Part shown: in pieces, positions 17,937-27,621 of the stretch
How the letters are laid out: each line of letters starts with the position of its first letter
How positions within the stretch are numbered: the first letter of the stretch is position 1
Source of the DNA: a virus
Strand: one strand, 5' to 3'
Length of the DNA: 64,000 bases
Virus record (IMG/VR): IMGVR_UViG_3300025132_008118
Program-made: the position numbers and the translations under genes
The notes under the pieces: generated by a model
The model's database searches: none
The model's input: the letters and a program-made list of their open reading frames with translations, nothing else
Told to the model about the DNA's origin: nothing

Positions 17937-18792
17937 TTTAGTACATCGAGTATATTGGGTAGCTAATAATATAAAAAACGTATCCGAAAATTATCATGTA
18001 TATATGTTCCTGAATAGCGTTAAAAGTTACGTGGAAATGTACCAACCGGACAAAGTTTTGTGTGTATGGGATGAAAAACCAGACTATAGACCTAATAAAC
18101 GTAAGGAACTCTTAGAAGATTATAAAGGAAATCGTGATCCAGAGTACGGTAAAGAGGTACATAATAAGAATGAAATAATTAAAGAAATGCTAAATACATT
18201 AGGTATACCATCAATATTTCCTAGATCATATGAAGCTGACGATGTTATTAAAATAATAAACGATGCATATGATAAAATGAGCACAACTAAATTTTATTTA
18301 ACTAAAAAATTATTCAGACATGTTATTGTTACTGTAGATAAAGACTTATGCCAGTTAATTTCTAGTAAAGTTTCGGTATATGACCCAATAAGAAAAGTTG
18401 AAATTAACAAAGAAAACTTTAATGAAATATTGAAATATGATAAAAAAGATTTTATTAAAGTAAAAGCGTTAACTGGTGATAAAAGTGATAATATTCCCGG
18501 ATTAAAAGGTTTTGGTAAAGTTAAAATAGATAAGTTCCTTGCAGGGGAAGTTGTTTTAACTGAAGAAGAAAACGCTACATACAGTAGAAATTTAGAATTA
18601 GTTACGTTAACTGATGATAAAGATGAAAAGGAATATGTTTTAAATCAATTATCAGAGATTAAAAATGAAACTGATTATGACCAGTTTAAAAAATTAAGTA
18701 AAGATTACAATTTAAGTCAAATTGTAAAAAATGATACAAAATGGTATATTACCTTTTTCCAAAAAAATAGATTATTAGAGTTACTATCATAA
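17908..18792 (+). CDS. rnh: 5'-3' exonuclease / T4 RNase H-like flap endonuclease
   Basis: IDGNNL, VWDE, YKGNR, YEADDVI, VTVDKDLCQL, LTGDKSDNIPG..GFG. Confidence 0.9.
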   Translation: MKILTIDGNNLVHRVYWVANNIKNVSENYHVYMFLNSVKSYVEMYQPDKVLCVWDEKPDYRPNKRKELLEDYKGNRDPEYGKEVHNKNEIIKEMLNTLGIPSIFPRSYEADDVIKIINDAYDKMSTTKFYLTKKLFRHVIVTVDKDLCQLISSKVSVYDPIRKVEINKENFNEILKYDKKDFIKVKALTGDKSDNIPGLKGFGKVKIDKFLAGEVVLTEEENATYSRNLELVTLTDDKDEKEYVLNQLSEIKNETDYDQFKKLSKDYNLSQIVKNDTKWYITFFQKNRLLELLS

Positions 18793-18800
18793 ATATTAAT

Positions 18801-19046
18801 ATGCAAGATCAATTTATTAACCCACAACAAATACGGTCACCATTTACCGGTGAGACTGTTAGACCAGTTTATAATACCTATGATGCTAATGGTAAAACGT
18901 ATGAACAAGCAGTGATGTCTGATCCAGTTACTGGTCATATTATTAAAAAGGGTTTAGTTTCTATTAAAGATGCTAAGACCGGTGAAGTCATACAAGATTA
19001 TAAGTCAGCATTATCTCAAAGTAATACAACTCAAAGCAGAAGATAA
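18801..19046 (+). CDS. Hypothetical late protein
   Basis: TAAATA at 18790-18795, 5 nt before the ATG; 81 aa. Confidence 0.55.
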   Translation: MQDQFINPQQIRSPFTGETVRPVYNTYDANGKTYEQAVMSDPVTGHIIKKGLVSIKDAKTGEVIQDYKSALSQSNTTQSRR

Positions 19047-19048
19047 GC

Positions 19049-19076
19049 TTGAAATATATAATATTGCATTTATAAT
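19049..19076 (+). promoter_or_regulatory. sigma70-type promoter TTGAAA-N16-TATAAT
   Basis: GTG start of the primase 6 nt downstream. Confidence 0.65.
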
Positions 19077-19082
19077 TATAAT

Positions 19083-20123
19083 GTGATAGTTATACCAGAG
19101 CAATACGTTGTAAACGTTTTATATGAGAATGTCTATAAGATCTCATATAATAAATATACTAAAACTTATAATGGTTGCTGCCCTATATGTAAAGAAGGAG
19201 GGTCTTGGGGTAAAAAGAAACGATTCTATTATATACCTAATAAAGAATTAGCGTATTGCCATAACTGCGGGTATAGTAAAAAGGCTTTAACGTTTGTAAC
19301 GGAAGTAACGAATAAACCATTGCATATTATCGTTAATGAAGTTAAGGATTTTGATGTAGAAATACAAATACCAAATGAAGAAAATGTAGAGATAAGTAAA
19401 ACTATTGATAAAAGTTTACCTGAAGATTGTATTAATTTGTCTGATAGTAGTCAGGTAGAGTATTATAAAGATAATACTACAGTAAAAATAGCTTTACAAT
19501 TAATTAAAGACAGAAAATTAGATAAAGGTATCAATAAACCAAAAACATTTTATTTATCCTTAAAAGATCCTGTTCATAAAAATAGATTAATACTACCCTT
19601 TTATGATGAAAATGATAATATAATTTTTTATCAGTCTAGAGGTTTAACTAAAAAGGACTTATATGAAAGACCGAAATATCTAAGTAAAGTAGGTTCAGAG
19701 CGAAGCTTGTATGGTATCCAAAATATAAATTCAGATTTAGATAACGTTTTTATATTTGAAGGTCCTATTGATAGTTACTTTGTTGAAAACGGTTTAGCAA
19801 CTTGCGGTATTACTGAAAAAAGTAACAAGATGTTTACAACATTACAGTTACAGCAAATTAATAAACTAAACTTATATGAAAAAATTTATGTATTAGATAA
19901 CCAATACTGTGATAAAGCTGCTTTAAGTAAAAGTATCATATTAGCTGATAACAATGAAAAGATTTTTATATGGCCTAAAGAGTTGAAGCAGTTTAAAGAC
20001 TTTAATGATATATGTGTAGCTGGTAATAAAGACAAAATAAAACCTGAATTTATATTAAAAAATACTTATTCAGGTCTTAAAGCTAAATTATTATTAACTG
20101 AAATTAAAAATCACCTTCTATAA
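19083..20123 (+). CDS. gp61: DNA primase (T4 gp61-like)
   Basis: Zn finger CPIC...CHNCG, RLILPF, YQSRGL, KYLS, TOPRIM IFEGPIDS, VLDNQ, KDFND. Confidence 0.9.
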   Translation: MIVIPEQYVVNVLYENVYKISYNKYTKTYNGCCPICKEGGSWGKKKRFYYIPNKELAYCHNCGYSKKALTFVTEVTNKPLHIIVNEVKDFDVEIQIPNEENVEISKTIDKSLPEDCINLSDSSQVEYYKDNTTVKIALQLIKDRKLDKGINKPKTFYLSLKDPVHKNRLILPFYDENDNIIFYQSRGLTKKDLYERPKYLSKVGSERSLYGIQNINSDLDNVFIFEGPIDSYFVENGLATCGITEKSNKMFTTLQLQQINKLNLYEKIYVLDNQYCDKAALSKSIILADNNEKIFIWPKELKQFKDFNDICVAGNKDKIKPEFILKNTYSGLKAKLLLTEIKNHLL

Positions 20124-20358
20124 GTGAATCGTGTGCTTTTCTTAATTCAGGGTCGTCAACATAAGGCTCTTGCTTTAATACATCAACAGCATCGAACACC
20201 TTTCCAAGTATTTGATTTATTTTATCTTCTAATTCAGGAACTTCTTGTTTAAGTTGCTCTAGTAAATTTACAGCACCTTCTGACAACTCTTCATTTTCAT
20301 CATGTGTATTGTCAAATTGAGCATAAGCTTCGAAAATTAAATCTTGATCTGTTTTCAT
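20104..20358 (-). CDS. Small acidic late protein, putative internal head protein
   Basis: N-terminus MKTDQDLIFEAY; TAAATA 5 nt upstream. Confidence 0.55.
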   Translation of the reverse strand: MKTDQDLIFEAYAQFDNTHDENEELSEGAVNLLEQLKQEVPELEDKINQILGKVFDAVDVLKQEPYVDDPELRKAHDSLIEGDF

Positions 20359-20370
20359 ATTATTATTTAA

Positions 20371-21006
20371 TTAAAATGGATATAACCTAGCGAGACTAGT
20401 AAACACTTCTAGAGCGTCAAAATCATTAGTATCTATTTTATCAATTTCCATAAGAGCATCTTCCATTTCAAGTAATATAGGCTTTAAAACTCCTTCTAGT
20501 TCAGGTTTACTGTTCATAAGCTCTTCAAGTCTTTCGAAAACAGAAGGTTCATCAACGTCATAGTCTGTATTACCTTCTTCATTATCTTCAATGAATTCAT
20601 CTTTGAGAACGGAATCTTCAATATCTTGCCTTAGTTGTGGAGAAATACTGCCTAAATCTATTTCATTATGATCGTCAAGTTCTTTGTTATACTTAAAAAG
20701 AGAAGTTATTTCAACATCGTGACCTGATATTTTTGCTTGTACGATATATTCATCACCATTTAACATTAATGCATCATTTTCATATTCTTCCATTTCACTG
20801 TGAGTCTTATTAGATTGAGCACTAGGTGGGCGAGTTTTTCTATACCTACCACCTGAACCATCTCTTGCAGCATCTACATTACTTGGTGCACCTCCTCTGG
20901 ACATATCAAATGATTTACCTTTAGGAGCTTTAGATGTACCTTTTTGCCAATCTTCAGTTAAAGCTTGGGTATAGGCTTCAAAAATTAAGTCTTGATCTTT
21001 ATTCAT
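20371..21006 (-). CDS. Acidic late protein, putative internal head protein
   Basis: N-terminus MNKDQDLIFEAY...LTE, nearly identical to the neighbouring gene. Confidence 0.55.
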   Translation of the reverse strand: MNKDQDLIFEAYTQALTEDWQKGTSKAPKGKSFDMSRGGAPSNVDAARDGSGGRYRKTRPPSAQSNKTHSEMEEYENDALMLNGDEYIVQAKISGHDVEITSLFKYNKELDDHNEIDLGSISPQLRQDIEDSVLKDEFIEDNEEGNTDYDVDEPSVFERLEELMNSKPELEGVLKPILLEMEDALMEIDKIDTNDFDALEVFTSLARLYPF

Positions 21007-21015
21007 ATTGAGTTT

Positions 21016-21432
21016 TTAATTAAATTTGTATTTAGGATCATTAGCACCTGCTAAATAACCTTTTAAAATTTCACTTAAAGAAGATATTTCCATTGCAACT
21101 CTGGCAATCTTTTTTGTTTCAGCATTTGAAATACTATCAAAAATAGTATCAGGTTCTGCTGAATTAAGTGACGTTTGAATGCTATCTGAAGTACCATTTA
21201 AGTAATCCCCAAATCTATCCATTTCATCAATCCAACTACTTAACTCTTCATACATCTGTCTAGACTGAGAACTTACTGCGTTTTCACTATCAGCTGGAAC
21301 ATCTACATCAAACTCTTCAGGTGATGTCTCTGGATCAAGGGTAGAAGCCATTGCTTCTTGATCAGTTAACTCGGTATTTTCATCATCTTGTTCAGATAAA
21401 AACTTTTTAAATCGTTTTTGGTATAAGCTCAT
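21016..21432 (-). CDS. Acidic late protein, putative head protein
   Basis: MSLYQKRFKKFLSE; TATAAATA 5 nt upstream. Confidence 0.55.
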   Translation of the reverse strand: MSLYQKRFKKFLSEQDDENTELTDQEAMASTLDPETSPEEFDVDVPADSENAVSSQSRQMYEELSSWIDEMDRFGDYLNGTSDSIQTSLNSAEPDTIFDSISNAETKKIARVAMEISSLSEILKGYLAGANDPKYKFN

Positions 21433-21437
21433 ACTAT

Positions 21438-21449
21438 TATTTATAAATA
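21438..21449. promoter_or_regulatory. Overlapping divergent T4-type late promoters (TATAAATA on both strands)
   Basis: TATTTATAAATA; each box is 5 nt from an ATG (21432 minus, 21455 plus). Confidence 0.75.
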
Positions 21450-21454
21450 TTTAT

Positions 21455-21835
21455 ATGCAATCATACAAAAAATTTAAAGACTTTGTAAAAGTAATTAAAG
21501 AAGACGCTGGGCAAGAAATAATGCCCGATGTTACTAGAGACCAACCTGGTCAAAAAACAGAGTATCCTTCCCAACCATCTAGCGTTCAAGATATAATGAG
21601 CAGACAAAATCGAAGTGATGTTGCTCCAGAAAATGTACCATATCCATTAAATGAATTTGACGATGTTGTTGCTGGTGCATTTGTATCTTTACAAAATTTA
21701 GAAGAATTATTAAAGATAGCAAACACTAATACAGTTATTAAAGATAAGAAACCAATAGAAGGTATCGGCAAAGAGATAGTTGAATTAAAAGGTAGATTAG
21801 TTGATATTAGTAAAAAAGTTAGTAAAATAAAGTAA
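21455..21835 (+). CDS. Late protein, putative head protein
   Basis: MQSYKKFKDFVKVIKE N-terminus. Confidence 0.55.
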   Translation: MQSYKKFKDFVKVIKEDAGQEIMPDVTRDQPGQKTEYPSQPSSVQDIMSRQNRSDVAPENVPYPLNEFDDVVAGAFVSLQNLEELLKIANTNTVIKDKKPIEGIGKEIVELKGRLVDISKKVSKIK

Positions 21836-22197
21836 TGAAGAAATTAATAACGTCATTAACATTAACTTTTTTAGTTAGTGGTATATTTGGTATACTCTTT
21901 AGAGATTGGTTAGTGTTTGGATTGGTTACAATATTACAGATTTTATTCTTTTATTTCTTTAATACTATATATGAAAATTTTTTAATTAAAAGAGCTGTTG
22001 AAATTAATGCTCTAGCAGAAAAAGCAAAATATGATAATACAGTTACAGTTAGTTGTCCATGTGGTTCCACTCAAGATGTTGTATTATCATTAACTGAAGA
22101 TACTATTTATCGTTGCAATGATTGCAAAAATGAAATAAGAGCTACTACCAATATTGGTACTGCATTAGTTACCACCCCGTTAATGACTAAAAATTAA
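21835..22197 (+). CDS. Membrane protein with a C-terminal Cys cluster
   Basis: Two N-terminal hydrophobic helices; CPCG...CNDC. Confidence 0.55.
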   Translation: MKKLITSLTLTFLVSGIFGILFRDWLVFGLVTILQILFFYFFNTIYENFLIKRAVEINALAEKAKYDNTVTVSCPCGSTQDVVLSLTEDTIYRCNDCKNEIRATTNIGTALVTTPLMTKN

Positions 22198-22613
22198 TGG
22201 ACGAAAATGAAATAGATAGAATTGCTGATAAAATTGCTACTGATATACCTAGTACATCATTGCACCCTGTTAATGATTCAACGGAGATAAATATAGAACA
22301 AATAGTAGATTTATTCACCGGTAAAGATAATGATAAGAAAGCTCAAATGGTTACCGGTAGAGTTTATCAAAAAAATAAAAAACTTAAATTCTTAGAAACT
22401 TTTTTTAAATTAATTGAAGAAGAAATTAGTAAACTAGAAACTAAGAATAATAAAGATTTAGATAATTCATTTTTTAATTTAAATAAAAAAATTCTTTCAG
22501 CCAATATCTATAATATAAAAGAAATTATTAATCTTTACGGTATTGATGAAGATAGATTAGTCACATTTTTAGTAGGAACTGTGATACAATCTATATATGA
22601 TAAAAAAGACTGA
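22197..22613 (+). CDS. Hypothetical protein
   Basis: 138-aa ORF coupled by a TAATG overlap. Confidence 0.5.
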   Translation: MDENEIDRIADKIATDIPSTSLHPVNDSTEINIEQIVDLFTGKDNDKKAQMVTGRVYQKNKKLKFLETFFKLIEEEISKLETKNNKDLDNSFFNLNKKILSANIYNIKEIINLYGIDEDRLVTFLVGTVIQSIYDKKD

Positions 22614-22860
22614 TGATATAATTCAAGAATACGGTATAGATTTTGTTGCAAGATTTGCGTGTTTATATGAAGGTGTTAATGTAGCTTGTAGTAGAGCTGA
22701 AAGAATAGGTTATGATACTGAATATAGTTCAGCTTGGATAAAACCTACAGCATTTCAAAAATACGTAGACGAAAGATACTTAGATATGAAACATGATATT
22801 CAACTATATTTGAAAGGAATTGATACAGATGAAATTTATCCCTGGGATGAGGTTTATTAA
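22597..22860 (+). CDS. Hypothetical protein
   Basis: 87-aa ORF. Confidence 0.5.
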   Translation: MIKKTDDIIQEYGIDFVARFACLYEGVNVACSRAERIGYDTEYSSAWIKPTAFQKYVDERYLDMKHDIQLYLKGIDTDEIYPWDEVY

Positions 22861-23038
22861 TAGAACCGGTACCAACACAAAATTATTTACAACTAATAAA
22901 TTGTATATACTTCATGATATCAAAAGATTAAATGAAGATACAGTATCTTATACATTTTTAATTGACGCAGATATAAAAGAAATTAAATTTAAATCCTTTA
23001 AACAAGCAGAAGATTGGTTACAGCAAATTGCTATTTAA
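22820..23038 (+). CDS. Hypothetical protein (start may be 22847)
   Basis: Short ORF ending in a stop overlap with the gp14-like gene. Confidence 0.4.
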   Translation: MIQMKFIPGMRFINRTGTNTKLFTTNKLYILHDIKRLNEDTVSYTFLIDADIKEIKFKSFKQAEDWLQQIAI

Positions 23039-23979
23039 TAATAATCCCCATATACATCGGTATCATTACTTGACATATCAAAAACGTCTTCTTTACTGGT
23101 ATTATCAGCTGAATATAATTCATAATCTTCTCTTTTCGGTAATGATGGAGGGTTTGTACCGGGTAATCTACCAGCAAATTTGTCTTCATAAACTTGATCA
23201 TTGGTTCTTTCCCCACCAGTTGATAACCCAGCTTGTAAAGTATATAAATCTTCAGTCGCAAGATCTGATAACCGACTTGTATCAGTAGACATATCAGCAA
23301 ATCCAACATCACTTCTAGCATTATTGAAATCTATATTTGGTTCAAAGCTATAATCTAATCGTTTTGCCTTTAATAAAAATACATAATGGCCTTGTAAATT
23401 ATTAATTTGGGATATATCTTGATCTAATTTTTCAGTAATTTCGAAAAATTTAGACTGTCTATTATTAGGTCTATCATTACCATATTCAGTTAGTTCAAAA
23501 ACATCACCAGCTTTTGGCTCTACGATTGGACCGAAATCAAAATATCGATCATAAATACCTTCAGGTATTTTACCATTTACAATATTATTAGAACCAAAAG
23601 GTTCAAAAACTGAAGATAATGTATAAAATTCATCATAAAAAGAAGATATATGAATATATGCAGTTACTTCATCGTCACTGTCAAAACCAAATTTGGATAA
23701 AGTAATTGCATTTTCATTTAACGTGACCGCTAAAGTAATTTTTCTTGGATCTGCAAAAGTTTGTGTAGGTTGTTCACCGTAAAAGTTATCTGCACTTAGT
23801 GTATTATACGTATTAACGTAATAATTTACTTTAACACCAAATTGATTTATTTGTTCTCTCCACCAATTAGAGAATAGTATACGTTCACTTGCTTGAATTG
23901 ATTTATCGGTAAATCTATAACAAGTTTCATCGGTCTGCACTATACCGGGGTAATCACAACTGTAATCTATTTGACTCAT
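23035..23979 (-). CDS. gp14: Neck/head-completion protein (T4 gp14-like)
   Basis: WREQINQFGVKVNY, DNFYGE.P...F, LSKFGFDSDDE.T.YI, PKAGD. Confidence 0.78.
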   Translation of the reverse strand: MSQIDYSCDYPGIVQTDETCYRFTDKSIQASERILFSNWWREQINQFGVKVNYYVNTYNTLSADNFYGEQPTQTFADPRKITLAVTLNENAITLSKFGFDSDDEVTAYIHISSFYDEFYTLSSVFEPFGSNNIVNGKIPEGIYDRYFDFGPIVEPKAGDVFELTEYGNDRPNNRQSKFFEITEKLDQDISQINNLQGHYVFLLKAKRLDYSFEPNIDFNNARSDVGFADMSTDTSRLSDLATEDLYTLQAGLSTGGERTNDQVYEDKFAGRLPGTNPPSLPKREDYELYSADNTSKEDVFDMSSNDTDVYGDYY

Positions 23980-24320
23980 TTTTCTAAAACAAATTTCTTT
24001 AATTTTTCATCGAAATATAACTTTATACCAGTACTACCTAATTTTTTAACTTCTCCTTTAAACGGTATAACTTTATATTCTTTACGTATATATTCTAAAT
24101 CTGCAGAACTACAAACTTTTTTACCAGTACCACCACGCAGTTGTTCTATTGATGAATTCTTTGTTGGGTCAGTTTTAACATAATCAGGTACAATATTTTC
24201 ATGCTTACGGAAGTACCGGGGATCACTACTACTACCGGGGATCGCTCTTCTATGTCTATGATTAATACCAGGTTTAGACCCTTGGTATTTATTTTCAAAA
24301 AACTTATGAAATTTTATCAT
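23976..24320 (-). CDS. Basic late protein, putative internal head protein
   Basis: MIKFHKFFE N-terminus; TAAATA 5 nt upstream. Confidence 0.5.
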   Translation of the reverse strand: MIKFHKFFENKYQGSKPGINHRHRRAIPGSSSDPRYFRKHENIVPDYVKTDPTKNSSIEQLRGGTGKKVCSSADLEYIRKEYKVIPFKGEVKKLGSTGIKLYFDEKLKKFVLEK

Positions 24321-24334
24321 AATTATATTTAAGC

Positions 24335-24369
24335 AAAAAAAAGCGCAACCAAATTAATGATTGCGCTTT
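24335..24369 (-). terminator. Intrinsic terminator
   Basis: AAAGCGCAA/TTGCGCTTT stem followed by a T8 tract on the minus strand, downstream of the 24390-25283 gene. Confidence 0.7.
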
Positions 24370-24389
24370 AAATTTTAAATCTACTTTTT

Positions 24390-25283
24390 TTATTGAATAT
24401 AGTCACCAGTCGAGCCGGTTACTGTGCTATGTACTTTATTTTGCTTGCTTTGAAGAGCAGCTTTTCCATCAGCTAATGGTTTTGGTTCAGCATCAACATA
24501 CTTTTTAGTTGAATCAGATGCTTTCTTTCCTTTTGCTTTAAGCTTACCAACCTTGTTATGACCCGGATGGGTTAAATTTGTACCAGCTGTATCAGGCACT
24601 GCTTGCATTTCTACTGCTTCCTTATGGGTATCATCTTCTTCTCCTTCACCATCATCATCTTCTTCAGCTTCTTCAAATGATTGGAAACCTTCTTCACTTT
24701 CGTAATCTTCTTCCCCATCGTCTTCTCCTTCACCATCACCATCTTCATCTTCATCGCCCATTGCTGCTTGCAATAAGTCGCAAAGTGACTTGGCCATTTC
24801 ACGATCAAGTGTAACTGTAATATCATCACCCTCACCTGGTTCATCGACTTCAGTATCAATACCGAGTGCGTCTAATTCTTGTGTTTCTTGATCTGAGTGA
24901 CCCATTTCTTCACCCATCACATTTTCAAAAAGTTTATCAAAAGTAGATTTCATATAATTATTTATACTCTCTTTTACTTTTTTCTCTATTTTTTTATTAT
25001 TTTCGTTATATTTTTCAGAAGAATAAATTTCACTGTTATATAATTCGTCTTCTACACCATTATGTTTCGGGTCAATAACATTGTCATATATTTTTGCTTT
25101 TTCAGCATTTGCCGGTCCAGATGTATTATCATTAGCAAAACCTTTCTTAATATCATTTGCTTTAACAGGTGGCTTGCCTGGTTTAGTACCCATTTTAGCT
25201 GCTTTAACCCCAGGAGCTTTTTCAGATAAAATATTATTATTATATGTATTCCAAATTTCGGTTAGAGTATTTACTCGTGTCAT
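24390..25283 (-). CDS. Highly acidic late protein, prohead core/scaffold-like
   Basis: Start at ATG 25283, 5 nt after TATAAATA; long D/E tract; ILSE motif. Confidence 0.5.
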   Translation of the reverse strand: MTRVNTLTEIWNTYNNNILSEKAPGVKAAKMGTKPGKPPVKANDIKKGFANDNTSGPANAEKAKIYDNVIDPKHNGVEDELYNSEIYSSEKYNENNKKIEKKVKESINNYMKSTFDKLFENVMGEEMGHSDQETQELDALGIDTEVDEPGEGDDITVTLDREMAKSLCDLLQAAMGDEDEDGDGEGEDDGEEDYESEEGFQSFEEAEEDDDGEGEEDDTHKEAVEMQAVPDTAGTNLTHPGHNKVGKLKAKGKKASDSTKKYVDAEPKPLADGKAALQSKQNKVHSTVTGSTGDYIQ

Positions 25284-25284
25284 G

Positions 25285-25296
25285 TAAATATTTATA
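25285..25296. promoter_or_regulatory. Divergent late promoter boxes
   Basis: TAAATATTTATA between the minus-strand acidic gene and the terminase. Confidence 0.6.
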
Positions 25297-25301
25297 GCGA
25301 G

Positions 25302-26987
25302 ATGATTAAAAATAAACAAAACTATATGAATAATCCTAATCTACCTACAGTAGGGGCGGAATTCGAATATACTCCAAGCATGGTTAAAGACTTAAAAAAG
25401 TGTAAGAAAAATATTTTACACTTTGCAGAAAGGTTCTTTTATATTATATCATTAGACGAAGGTAAAAAGACAATCGACTTGCATTACTGTCAAAAAAGAG
25501 CATTGCGTAAGATGAGAGATAATCGCTTTTTTATATTATTAGCTAGTCGTCAGATAGGTAAGACGACAATGATGACAATTTATGCTTTATGGATTGCATG
25601 CTTTAATGAAGATCAAAGAATATTAATTGTGGCTAATAAAGAAGGTACAGCGTTGGAAATAATGAGCAGAATAAGATTAGCATATGAAGAATTACCTAAT
25701 TGGTTAAAACCAGGTGTTAAAGAGTATGGTAAGACTTCTATTTTATTAGCAAATGGTACAAAGATAGGTATATCAACCACAACCGGTACAGCTGCTCGTG
25801 GTCAATCAGTTAACTGCCTTATTCTTGATGAGCTTGCTTTTATTGAACCTCATTTGGTAGATGATTTCTGGAAATCAGTATACCCGATCGTTTCATCATC
25901 CAAAAAATCTAAAATCTTTATAGCGTCAACCGCAAATGGCACAGATAACCTTTTTTATAAATTATACTCTGGTGCGGAAAATGGTGAAAATGATTGGGCT
26001 TGTGATAAAATTTTATGGAATGAAGTACCTGGTAGAGATGAAAAATGGAAACAACAAACTATTAATAGTATTGGTAGTAGGGAAGCGTTTGAGCAAGAAT
26101 TTAACTGTGAATTTATTTCATCAGGTGAAAGTTCAGTTAATGATGAATTATTTGAAAAGCTTAAAAGTAAAACTTCCGAACCAAAATTTGTATTCGATAA
26201 TGGTAGATATCTTTTATGGGATGAACCTTCTGAAAACGGTATATATATAGCAAGTGTCGATACTGCTGAAGGTTTGGGTAAGGATGCATCAGTAGTTCAA
26301 ATATTAGATTATACTGACCTAACTAACATTAAACAAGTTGCAGTATATCATAATAATGAAATATCACCATATAATTTCACTGAAAAAGTTTATGAAATAT
26401 TACAACATTGGGGGAATCCATTAGTTTGCGTTGAAAGAAATAACAGCGGTGGTCAAGTAGTAGATATTCTAAAAAATACTCACGATTATGAAAATATTGT
26501 ATCGTGGGGTGGTTCATTAGCCAATAGAAAGAAACAGCAATTAGGTATTATTTCACATACCAACACAAAATATAAAGCAGTTACTAATATGCGCTATTGG
26601 GTTAATGAATTAGAGTCAGTGCAAATAAATGATAGCAGAACAGTTAAAGAATTAAAAAACTATGTAAAAGCTGCAAACGGTACATGGAATGCAAAGAAGG
26701 GATATCATGATGATTTAGTCACCTCACTCATGTGGAACCTGATTATACTTGATAATGATATAGTTGAAACTTATTTCGATGTGGTGAAAAAAGATACTAA
26801 TAATAGACCTTTAGAACTGCAACAAATGGATTTTGGTATTAAATATTTTATGGACCCAACTTCTTTATATTCCAATGAAAAAAGCGGGCTCAACAATACA
26901 CTACCGGTTATTATAGGTAACGCTTCTAATACTAATAGTGAAATAGATCAATTATATATGCAAGGCTTTAAAGTATGGGGACAATAA
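25302..26987 (+). CDS. gp17: Terminase large subunit (T4 gp17-like)
   Basis: ASRQIGKT (Walker A), ILDELAF, ISTANG, EQEFNCEF, VDTAEG, HDDLV. Confidence 0.93.
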   Translation: MIKNKQNYMNNPNLPTVGAEFEYTPSMVKDLKKCKKNILHFAERFFYIISLDEGKKTIDLHYCQKRALRKMRDNRFFILLASRQIGKTTMMTIYALWIACFNEDQRILIVANKEGTALEIMSRIRLAYEELPNWLKPGVKEYGKTSILLANGTKIGISTTTGTAARGQSVNCLILDELAFIEPHLVDDFWKSVYPIVSSSKKSKIFIASTANGTDNLFYKLYSGAENGENDWACDKILWNEVPGRDEKWKQQTINSIGSREAFEQEFNCEFISSGESSVNDELFEKLKSKTSEPKFVFDNGRYLLWDEPSENGIYIASVDTAEGLGKDASVVQILDYTDLTNIKQVAVYHNNEISPYNFTEKVYEILQHWGNPLVCVERNNSGGQVVDILKNTHDYENIVSWGGSLANRKKQQLGIISHTNTKYKAVTNMRYWVNELESVQINDSRTVKELKNYVKAANGTWNAKKGYHDDLVTSLMWNLIILDNDIVETYFDVVKKDTNNRPLELQQMDFGIKYFMDPTSLYSNEKSGLNNTLPVIIGNASNTNSEIDQLYMQGFKVWGQ

Positions 26988-27589
26988 ATCAATCACAGTT
27001 TAATAAAAGTAGATTAGATAAGTTTTTACTTGTTTTGAATCTACCACCTATACTAAAAGATATTAGTAATCAGTATATAGGTAGCAGAAAAAATACCAGT
27101 ATAATAGAAAATAGTTTACAATTTTCAGTATATGGTACCGTGGTACCTCAAATACAAGTACCTGAGGAAAGCTTATATTATGCAGGTCAATCAATGAAAT
27201 TGTCAACGCATACAAGACCAGTTTATGAAAACGTAACTGTTAATTTTACTATTGATAATGAATTTAATAATTATTGGGTAATATACAAATGGCTTGATTT
27301 AATGAATGATGAAAAGATCTCAACGTTTAATAGTAAAGATATATTTGACAAACCTAATATTTCACCTAAAGAAAAGAAAAACTCAAAAACTCTAACCCCA
27401 ACTGATTTATATCAAGCCGATATTTCATTATATGCCAAGGATGAATTTGATAAAAATAAGGTTAAATTTGTGTTTACCAAAGCATTCCCTGTAAATTTAG
27501 GCAGTATTGATTTTAACTACCGGGCCTCGGGTGAAATTGAAACAACTTTAGAATTTGCATTCTCTCAGTTATTAGTTGAATTGGTATAA
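26975..27589 (+). CDS. gp3: Tail completion/tube terminator (T4 gp3-like)
   Basis: YENVTVNFTIDNEFNNYWVIYKWL; AFPVNLGSIDF. Confidence 0.6.
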   Translation: MGTINQSQFNKSRLDKFLLVLNLPPILKDISNQYIGSRKNTSIIENSLQFSVYGTVVPQIQVPEESLYYAGQSMKLSTHTRPVYENVTVNFTIDNEFNNYWVIYKWLDLMNDEKISTFNSKDIFDKPNISPKEKKNSKTLTPTDLYQADISLYAKDEFDKNKVKFVFTKAFPVNLGSIDFNYRASGEIETTLEFAFSQLLVELV

Positions 27590-27606
27590 TTTTTACCTCA
27601 GGATGC

Positions 27607-27614
27607 TATAAATA
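27607..27614 (+). promoter_or_regulatory. T4-type late promoter TATAAATA
   Basis: 7 nt before the sheath ATG. Confidence 0.75.
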
Positions 27615-27621
27615 ATAGTAT

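Noticed and set aside
1193-26987. Inteins, introns or homing endonucleases in UvsX, helicase, primase or terminase
   Set aside because: Protein lengths are ordinary and I saw no LAGLIDADG, HNH, GIY-YIG or intein splice motifs
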